Below, piece after piece: positions 1-6,226 of a stretch of DNA of 64,000 nt. Origin of the DNA: Thermoanaerobaculia bacterium (lineage in GTDB: Bacteria > Acidobacteriota > Thermoanaerobaculia > Gp7-AA8); assembly GCA_035627015.1 (NCBI GenBank), contig DASPMO010000081.1, positions 8,339 through 72,338 of the forward strand. Direction: 5' to 3'. The position numbers and the translations under genes were made by a program. Within the stretch, counting starts at the first letter, position 1. Every line of letters begins with the position of its first letter. The notes under the pieces are model-generated. The model was not told where the DNA came from. It searched no databases and saw only the letters and a program-made list of their open reading frames with translations.

Positions 1-1
1 C

Positions 2-1078
2 GTGCTCTCGTCGAGCGCCAGCGTCGTGGACGACCTGCCGTCCTGGTGCCGCGCGGAGGGGCACGAGTACCTCGGCAGCGAGGAGACGGCCGGCGGCGCG
101 CGCCGGTACCTCATCGGGCGGGGCCGGTTCTCCCTCCGCGCCGCTCAGGAAGCGGGTGAGGCCATGCCCGAGCGCGCCGATCCGATCACCGGATTCGCGC
201 CCCGGGGCGCGGACGTCGAGCCGGGCGGACCGGCCTATCCCTTCGACCTCCTCGAGCGCGATCACCTTGCGCCGCCCGAAATCCGGAAGCTCTACGAACA
301 AGCGGTGGCCGCGCAGTGGAACGCCAGCCGCGATATCCCGTGGGACAAGGCTGGCGGCCATGCCCCGGCGCTCGAAGCAGCGGTCGTCCAGATCATGACC
401 TTCCTCGCGGAGAACGAGCTGTCCGCGCTCTATCTCCCGTCGAAGTTCATCTCCCGCATCCACCCCGCGTACGCGGAGGTGTCGATGTTCCTGGCCACGC
501 AACTTGCGGACGAGGCCCGCCACATCGAGGTGTTTCTCCGGCGCGCCCGCCTGAGCGGGCCGCGGCTCGGCGTGTCCTCCGTCACCACCTCCCGGTCGCT
601 GCTGTCGCTGCTGGAACTGTCGGACTTCAGCGAAGCCGCGTTCCTCCTCTCCGTGCTCGGCGAGGGCACATTCCTCGACCTGCTGGGGTACGTCGAGCGC
701 CACGCGCCCGACGAGGCCACCGCGGAGCTCGTGCACCGCGCGCGCACCGACGAGTCGCGGCACGTTCACTTCGGACTGGCGCACGTACGCGCCGCCCTCG
801 CCTGCGACTCGACGCTCTACGCGCGCCTCGAACAGGCGGTGCGGCACCGTGCGGCGACGCTCCACGGCGTGGCCGGCGTCCCCGCTCCCGTGCAGGACGC
901 GCTGATCGTCCTCGCCGCCCGCGGCACGGAGCCGGGCGCCGTGGCCCGCGGCCACGCGGCCTTCCGCGAGCTCCTCGACACCATGCATGCCTCGCGCGTG
1001 AAGCGCCTCCTCCACGCCGGCTTCACCCCGGAACAGGCGGATACGATTTCACAGCTTCACACCGCGAATTTCATGTGA
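2..1078 (+). CDS. ferritin-like diiron-carboxylate protein (AurF/R2-like four-helix-bundle superfamily); true N-terminus may lie upstream of the window
   Basis: The 358-aa ORF touches the window edge. Two ExxH-type metal-site helices are present (LATQLADEARHIEVF and RTDESRHVHFGLAH), with additional acidic helices (TFLAENELS, LGEGTFLD). Confidence 0.6.
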   Translation: MLSSSASVVDDLPSWCRAEGHEYLGSEETAGGARRYLIGRGRFSLRAAQEAGEAMPERADPITGFAPRGADVEPGGPAYPFDLLERDHLAPPEIRKLYEQAVAAQWNASRDIPWDKAGGHAPALEAAVVQIMTFLAENELSALYLPSKFISRIHPAYAEVSMFLATQLADEARHIEVFLRRARLSGPRLGVSSVTTSRSLLSLLELSDFSEAAFLLSVLGEGTFLDLLGYVERHAPDEATAELVHRARTDESRHVHFGLAHVRAALACDSTLYARLEQAVRHRAATLHGVAGVPAPVQDALIVLAARGTEPGAVARGHAAFRELLDTMHASRVKRLLHAGFTPEQADTISQLHTANFM

Positions 1079-1299
1079 CCGTGCCTGTGGTCAAAGATTT
1101 CGCCGCCGCGCTGGCATTCGGCGCAGTGGCAATCGCGCACGGCCAGGAACGGAGAGCATCTGCAGCATCCGTGTGAACAACGGGCGCGCCTCGTCAGTAT
1201 GCGCATGTGCAGCGAGATGAACGATCCCCGCTGCGCGCCGCCTCCTGCCGCCGCAGGCGACTCTCGGTTACCTCTTTGCCCGACGAAAGCGGAGGCTTC

Positions 1300-1554
1300 A
1301 TGGCTCTCGCTGGCACGCTTCTAGTCGCGTTGTTGCTGCTCGCTGCTCTTTCACCGGTGTCGATCGCGCAGGATGGCGACCCGCGGTTTGCACGCGCGGA
1401 CGCGCCCGACGGAGAGGCGCTGGAGCGCTTCTTGATGCGCTGGATGTGTGAGTTCACCGATTCGGACATTGCATTCGTGATATCCGACGTCGCCGCGTTG
1501 ATCACATCGTGGAAGTGCCTCTTGATCATGCGCGGAAGCAGCGATGCGAATTAA
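1300..1554 (+). CDS. possible small secreted protein (84 aa); uncertain
   Basis: ATG at 1300 is preceded by GGAGG 6 nt upstream. The N-terminus MALAGTLLVALLLLAALSPVSIAQD looks like a signal peptide. The C-terminal half is antisense to a transposase remnant, so coding status is doubtful. Confidence 0.3.
   Translation: MALAGTLLVALLLLAALSPVSIAQDGDPRFARADAPDGEALERFLMRWMCEFTDSDIAFVISDVAALITSWKCLLIMRGSSDAN
1422..1550 (-). pseudogene. remnant of an ISL3-family transposase C-terminus
   Basis: Minus-strand translation FASLLPRMIKRHFHDVINAATSDITNAMSESVNSHIQRIKKRS matches my recollection of the conserved ISL3 C-terminal pattern (ITN..EG.N.KI..IKRR). It is bounded by a stop upstream, and similarity is lost downstream. 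Locally lower GC. Confidence 0.4.
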
Positions 1555-1599
1555 GTATGGCCTCATCACGCAAGTGGCCTGATGTCAGGCATTTGATCG

Positions 1600-1675
1600 T
1601 GGAGCGGGCGACGGGATTCGAACCCGCGACCAAGAGCTTGGGAAGCTCCTACTCTACCAACTGAGCTACGCCCGC
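1600..1675 (-). tRNA. tRNA-Gly (anticodon CCC), CCA encoded
   Basis: The reverse complement reads GCGGGCG-TA-GCTC-AGTTGGTA-GAGT-A-GGAGC-TTCCCAA-GCTCT-TGGTC-GCGGG-TTCGAAT-CCCGT-CGCCCGC-T-CCA. This gives a full cloverleaf with a 7-nt anticodon loop carrying CCC. Confidence 0.92.
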
Positions 1676-1721
1676 CCAGGGAAGCAGGCGGAGTGTAGCA
1701 CGGGCGCCGGGAACCTGTGAG

Positions 1722-1799
1722 ATGCTGGGGGCTTCCATGAACGGCAATCGATTTTTTAGCGGCCACCCATCAGCAGGAGCGAAGCTGCCGGCGCGCTAG
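1722..1799 (+). promoter_or_regulatory. candidate leader peptide ORF (25 codons, with tandem TTT-TTT Phe codons) upstream of pheA
   Basis: atg ctg ggg gct tcc atg aac ggc aat cga ttt ttt agc ... tag translates to MLGASMNGNRFFSGHPSAGAKLPAR. The T7 run is conspicuous in this GC-rich DNA. The ORF lies between the tRNA and an intrinsic terminator that abuts the pheA RBS. Confidence 0.3.
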
Positions 1800-1825
1800 A
1801 CGATCGTCCACAGAAATCCCGCCAA

Positions 1826-1860
1826 GGCCCGCTCCCCCAGGAGCGGGCCTTTTGCGTTTT
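1826..1860 (+). terminator. intrinsic terminator/attenuator hairpin immediately upstream of the pheA RBS
   Basis: 10-bp GC stem GGCCCGCTCC / GGAGCGGGCC with loop CCCA, followed by TTTTGCGTTTT. The RBS GGAGGA starts at 1861 and the GTG start is at 1871. No plus-strand gene upstream needs terminating. Confidence 0.55.
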
Positions 1861-1870
1861 GGAGGAAACC

Positions 1871-2713
1871 GTGAGCGAACTGCGTGTGGCGTATCAGGGA
1901 GAGCGGGGGGCATTCAGCGAGAGCGCGGCCAGGTGGCTGCTCGGGGAGGCAGCGGCGCTGCCGTGTGCGTCTTTCGAGGAGATGTTCGACGCGGTCCGCA
2001 CCGGCCAGGCCGACTGCTGCGTCGCGCCGATCGAGAACAGCCTGGCGGGCTCGATCCACCGGAACTACGATCTCCTGCTCGACTCGCGGCTGGCCATCTT
2101 CGGCGAGACGAACCTGCGCATCGTGCATCACCTCCTCGGCGTGCGCGGGATGGCGGCGGGCGACGTCCGGCGCGTCTACTCGCATCCGGTGGCGCTGGCG
2201 CAGTGCGACCGTTTCCTCCGCGCGCGTCCGCGGATCGAGGCGGTGCCGGTCCACGACACCGCCGGCGCGGTGCGCATGGTCATGGAGCGCGGCAGCTGCG
2301 ACGAGGCGGCCATCGCCTCCGGCCGCGCGGGAGCGCTCTACGGCGCGGCCACGCTCGCGGCGGGGATCGAGGACCACGCGCAGAACTTCACGCGCTTCTT
2401 CCTGGCGGGACCGGCGGACGCGGAGCTGCGTCCGCGGTTCGACGCGCCGCCGCGGCGCTGGAAGACGTCCCTGCTGCTGCGGGTGGCCAACAAGCCGGGC
2501 GCGCTCTTCCGCGCCCTCGGCGCGTTCGCGCTGCGGGAGATCGACCTGGCCAAGATCGAGTCACGGCCGATCGAAGGACGGCCTTGGGAGTACGGCTTCT
2601 ATGTAGACGCGGTCGGCAACGCCGCGGACGAGCCGCTGGCCGGGGCGCTGGAGACGCTGCGCGGCTGCGCGGATCTGGTGCGGGTGCTGGGGACGTATCC
2701 GACGCGCTGGTGA
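1871..2713 (+). CDS. pheA: prephenate dehydratase (PDT domain plus ACT domain)
   Basis: Translation gives LRVAYQGERGAFSE..., a C-terminal ACT region TSLLLRVANKPGALFRALGAFALREIDLAKIESRP, and a GGAGGA RBS before GTG 1871. The ORF-track start at 1859 is a TTG inside the RBS. Confidence 0.9.
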   Translation: MSELRVAYQGERGAFSESAARWLLGEAAALPCASFEEMFDAVRTGQADCCVAPIENSLAGSIHRNYDLLLDSRLAIFGETNLRIVHHLLGVRGMAAGDVRRVYSHPVALAQCDRFLRARPRIEAVPVHDTAGAVRMVMERGSCDEAAIASGRAGALYGAATLAAGIEDHAQNFTRFFLAGPADAELRPRFDAPPRRWKTSLLLRVANKPGALFRALGAFALREIDLAKIESRPIEGRPWEYGFYVDAVGNAADEPLAGALETLRGCADLVRVLGTYPTRW

Positions 2714-2744
2714 GGATTTACGGTTCTGTCAAGGCGCGTACATG

Positions 2745-2912
2745 GGTTGGCGGTGCTGTGTAAACGCTTGGCGGTGCTGTGCGAGCGCTTGGCGCTGCTG
2801 TGTAAACGCCTGGCGCTGTCGTGTAAACGCTTGGCGCTGCCGTGCTAACGCTTGGCGCTGCCGTGTAAACGCCTGGCGCTGCCGTGCGAACGCTTGGCGC
2901 TGCAGCGCTAAC
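2745..2912. repeat. tandem array, 8 x 21 bp (consensus GCTTGGCGCTGCCGTGTAAAC)
   Basis: Units counted directly at 2745, 2766, 2787, 2808, 2829, 2850, 2871 and 2892, in exact 21-bp register with no spacers. Confidence 0.95.
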
Positions 2913-2980
2913 GCCTGTCCCACCACCCGCCCGGGGCGCAGGCGCGGGACGCCTGCGCGACAGCCGGCGGGACGCCGGCG

Positions 2981-3071
2981 GTCCGCAAGGGGGCCGCAGG
3001 GGGTCCGCAAGGGGGCCGCAGGAGGGCCGTAGGGGCGGGGCGGTAGGGGGGCGGTAGGGGTCGGCGGGGGG
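2981..3071 (+). repeat. 2 x 22-bp direct repeat followed by a G-run tract (G-quadruplex-type motif 3032-3071)
   Basis: GTCCGCAAGGGGGCCGCAGGGG at 2981-3002 is followed by GTCCGCAAGGGGGCCGCAGGAG at 3003-3024. G-runs follow at 3032-35, 3037-40, 3046-51, 3057-60 and 3066-71. The tract ends 13 nt before ATG 3084. Confidence 0.85.
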
Positions 3072-3083
3072 ATAATCCTGGGC

Positions 3084-3614
3084 ATGCTGGCTCGCTATTC
3101 GTTTCGACGCTCCGCGCTGGAGAAGGAGCGCACGTACACGCTCTACCCCGACCGCATGGTCATCGAAGGGGCGGACACGCCGGAGCTGACGTGCCTCTTC
3201 AGCAACGTGCGCAAGGTGCACCTCAAGTACGAGCACACCAAGCAGCGCGAGTACTACCAGTGCTTCATACACACGAAGTTCGGGCGGGTCGACCTGCGCC
3301 ACGTGCATTGGGCGGGCTTCGCCGACTTCGAGGACCGCAGGACGACGTACGGCCCCTTCGTGAAGGCGCTGCTCGCGGAGCTGGCGCGGGTGCCGGGCGT
3401 GCAGTTCAAGGCGGGATCGACGGTGAACTTCATCAGCGCCATCATCGGCACGCCGGTCATGGCCGGGCTGGCGTGGCTCTGCTTCTCGCTGGGGCGCTAC
3501 GGACTGGCCATCGGCGCGGCGTTCATGGGCGGCATCGCGCTGCTGATGATCGGACGGTCGCGGCCGCGGCGGCTCGATCCGCTGGCGCCGCCGGCGGACC
3601 TGCTGCCGGAGTGA
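3084..3614 (+). CDS. hypothetical membrane protein (soluble N-domain plus two C-terminal TM helices)
   Basis: 176-aa ORF with non-shadow composition. Hydrophobic segments are ISAIIGTPVMAGLAWLCF and LAIGAAFMGGIALLMI. Confidence 0.55.
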   Translation: MLARYSFRRSALEKERTYTLYPDRMVIEGADTPELTCLFSNVRKVHLKYEHTKQREYYQCFIHTKFGRVDLRHVHWAGFADFEDRRTTYGPFVKALLAELARVPGVQFKAGSTVNFISAIIGTPVMAGLAWLCFSLGRYGLAIGAAFMGGIALLMIGRSRPRRLDPLAPPADLLPE

Positions 3615-5183
3615 TCACCACCGGCTGCGCAGCTCGCGGGCGTGAAAGAGCTGCGCGGCGGCCAGGAGCAGCAGCGCGCCCGCGGCATACGCCGCCACGA
3701 TGGCCGGCGTAGCCGTGCCGAACCAACCGGCGAAGTCGAGCGCGGGGGTGGCGCCGCGATCCTGGCTGGCGATGTACCAGAACGTGAGGAAGCCGACGAT
3801 GAACGTCTTCGGGTTCGCGCTGACGATCCCGAGGGCCGTCGCGGCGGCGGTGAGGAACACCACGCCCGCCAGGAGCGCCACGGTCATGTGCGGACGCGTG
3901 CGGATGGCGCAGGCCAGCGGCACGCCGAGGAAGGCCAGGGCCACGAAGAGCGTCGAGGAGAACTTCCAGAAGACGAAGCGCTCGCGCAGGTGCGGGGCGG
4001 CGAAGACCAGCGCGGACGTGCCGGCGCGCTTCTCGCGCGCGGCGATGTCGGCGATGGCGATGGCGCAGGCGGCCGTGGCCAGCGGCAGCACGCCGGTGAA
4101 GAGCGTCTTCGCGCTCCCGGCGGCGAGGGCGGCGATGGCGCAGCCGACGATTGCCACGAGCGCGAGCGGGAAGCCGGCGATCGTCGTCAGCGCGTCCGTC
4201 AGGGCCGGGGTGCGCGAGAGCGGCGCCAGGACGCGCACGGCCAGGCGGGCCAGCGGCTTGGCCAGGAAGTTCAGGCGTCCCAGCCAGCTCCGCCGCGACT
4301 TCTCGTTCGGCACCGCGCGCACGCGGGCCGGGTCGAAGCGGTGGAAGAAGAGGCGCGCCAAGAGCAGGAAGCTCATCGGCCAGAGCGCGGCGATGCCGCG
4401 GATCATCAGCCAGCGCGGCGTCAGGCGCAGGCCGCCGAAGTCCATCGTCCCCTTGCTGGCGTCGAAATTCGTGGCGCCGATGGAGAGGGACTTCGTGCCG
4501 TAGAACGTCCGCAACTGCTCCTGCAGCATCCCGAAGCCGGAGATGTCGAAGAGGTGCGCCCACTGCGCGCCCGCGCTCTTCTCCAGCGTCGAGACCACCG
4601 CGCCCAGCAGCGCCATCCAAATGAAGAAATAGAGCACGTCGCCGAACTTCGTGCGCAGCACGGGGGTGCACTCGAAGGCGATGGCGATGGCGGAGACGAA
4701 CGCAATGGCCGGCGGCGCGAGCAGGAGGTACTGCTTCGCGAACAGCAGCGGATCGAGCGGGGCCTCGCCCCGCACCAGCACCATGGCCATGGACGTGGCC
4801 ATGAACCCGAGGGTGAAGACGGAGAGGAAGACCACGTTCCCCGCGAACTTGCCGGCGATGTACTCGCTGCCGCGCATGGTCGTCGAGGCAATGACGTAGC
4901 CGCAGCGGGAGAGGACGTCGCGCCGCAGCGCGTTGGAGATGACGTAGAAACCGAAGAGGCCGATGAACAGCGTCCCCAGCGTGGCCGTGGCCATGCCGAT
5001 GGTGGCGGAGTTGTAGAGCGCGCGCTTGCCGGCGATCTCCATCAGCGCGCGTCCCGTGGCCGGATCGGGGACCCAGAGGTACGGGACCGCGGAGAGGAGG
5101 AGGAAGACGATAGCCGTGGACGGCCGGCGCAGACGGACCAGGAAGTCGGCACGGACGATGGCCCAGAGTCGCTGCGCGCTCAT
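3615..5183 (-). CDS. ABC-2-type transporter permease, large polytopic (522 aa)
   Basis: Many hydrophobic helices. The start overlaps the stop of the upstream ABC ATPase by 4 nt (5180-5183), indicating translational coupling. Confidence 0.7.
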   Translation of the reverse strand: MSAQRLWAIVRADFLVRLRRPSTAIVFLLLSAVPYLWVPDPATGRALMEIAGKRALYNSATIGMATATLGTLFIGLFGFYVISNALRRDVLSRCGYVIASTTMRGSEYIAGKFAGNVVFLSVFTLGFMATSMAMVLVRGEAPLDPLLFAKQYLLLAPPAIAFVSAIAIAFECTPVLRTKFGDVLYFFIWMALLGAVVSTLEKSAGAQWAHLFDISGFGMLQEQLRTFYGTKSLSIGATNFDASKGTMDFGGLRLTPRWLMIRGIAALWPMSFLLLARLFFHRFDPARVRAVPNEKSRRSWLGRLNFLAKPLARLAVRVLAPLSRTPALTDALTTIAGFPLALVAIVGCAIAALAAGSAKTLFTGVLPLATAACAIAIADIAAREKRAGTSALVFAAPHLRERFVFWKFSSTLFVALAFLGVPLACAIRTRPHMTVALLAGVVFLTAAATALGIVSANPKTFIVGFLTFWYIASQDRGATPALDFAGWFGTATPAIVAAYAAGALLLLAAAQLFHARELRSRW

Positions 5184-6067
5184 GCCACTTTGACGGCGGG
5201 CGAAAAGGCCGCCGCTTCACGGTTCATGGTGAAGAGGAACGCGTCCTCGAGGGTCGGCTCGGCGAGCCGCGCCTCGGCCACGGGGCGCACGGGGGAGACG
5301 ATGCGGGCGTGGACGCCGTCGGATTTACGCACCGCGCCGCTGACGTGCATGGTGCGGCGCACCTCGTCGAACTGCGGCGACGGCAGGACGACTTCCCACA
5401 CGGAGCCGGCCGCGCTCTGCATCAGCGCCTCGGGAGTGGCCAGCGTGACCAGCGTCCCCTCGCGCATGATGGCGATCTCCGTGGCGATCGACTCGACGTC
5501 CGAGACGATGTGCGTGGAGAGGATGACCAGCCGTCCCTCTCCCAGATCGGAGAGGACGTTGCGGAAGCGCACGCGCTCCTCGGGATCGAGTCCGGCGGTG
5601 GGCTCATCGACGATGACCAGGTCGGGGTCGTTGATGAGCGCCTGGGCGATGCCGAGGCGCTGCTTCATGCCGCCGGAGAATCCGCCCACGGCGCGGCTGG
5701 CGACGCTGTGCAGGTTGACCATCTCCAGCAGCTCCTGCACTTTTGCGCGGTTGCGGATGCCCTTCAGCGAGGCGAAGTAGCTGAGGAACTCGAAGGCGGT
5801 CAGGTTCTCGTAGACGCCGAAGTCCTGCGGCAGATAGCCGAGGCGGCGGCGCAGGTCGTCGGGCCTGGCGACGGCATCGGTGTCGCGGAAGAAGATGCGG
5901 CCCTCGGTCGGCTTCGTGACGGTGGCAATCATCTGCATGAGCGTGGTCTTCCCGGCGCCGTTGGGGCCGAGGAGGCCGAGCACGCCCCCTTGGACGTGAA
6001 AGGAGACGTCGCGGACGCCGTAATTTCCGGAGCGAAAACGTTTGGAGACCGACTCGACGCGCAACAT
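5180..6067 (-). CDS. ABC transporter ATP-binding protein
   Basis: Walker A GPNGAGKTT, signature FSGGMKQRLGIAQAL, Walker B LVIVDEPTAGLD. Confidence 0.9.
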   Translation of the reverse strand: MLRVESVSKRFRSGNYGVRDVSFHVQGGVLGLLGPNGAGKTTLMQMIATVTKPTEGRIFFRDTDAVARPDDLRRRLGYLPQDFGVYENLTAFEFLSYFASLKGIRNRAKVQELLEMVNLHSVASRAVGGFSGGMKQRLGIAQALINDPDLVIVDEPTAGLDPEERVRFRNVLSDLGEGRLVILSTHIVSDVESIATEIAIMREGTLVTLATPEALMQSAAGSVWEVVLPSPQFDEVRRTMHVSGAVRKSDGVHARIVSPVRPVAEARLAEPTLEDAFLFTMNREAAAFSPAVKVA

Positions 6068-6101
6068 GAGGCGGTTATACGGGAGGGAGGGATCGAAGGT
6101 T

Positions 6102-6216
6102 TGGACTGCGGCAGCGGGCGAGCTGCCGCTTTCAAAGCGGCGGCGTCAGCCTCCCGCCCGCCCGCGGCAGCTGCGGCTGCCGCATAGAGAGCGGCAGCTG
6201 GCGCTGCCGCAGTCCA
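6102..6216. repeat. family-1 palindromic intergenic element (MITE/REP-like), copy A
   Basis: Terminal inverted repeats TGGACTGCGGCAGCG ... CGCTGCCGCAGTCCA with internal GCGGCAGC/GCTGCCGC hairpins. Homologous copies lie at 24131-24404, 31225-31333 and 36263-36370. Confidence 0.85.
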
Positions 6217-6226
6217 GAGCTTCGCT

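Noticed and set aside
2742-3032. 96-aa Cys/Trp-rich heptad-repeat ORF (NAWRCRV...) across the first 21-bp array, and the analogous heptad ORFs 30790..31158 (-), 30819..31136 (-) and 30877..31206 (+) across the second array
   Set aside because: The periodic peptide is a by-product of a 21-bp DNA repeat. Several frames and both strands are open. There is no RBS, and the surrounding sequence is repeat-derived. I treat these as non-coding arrays.
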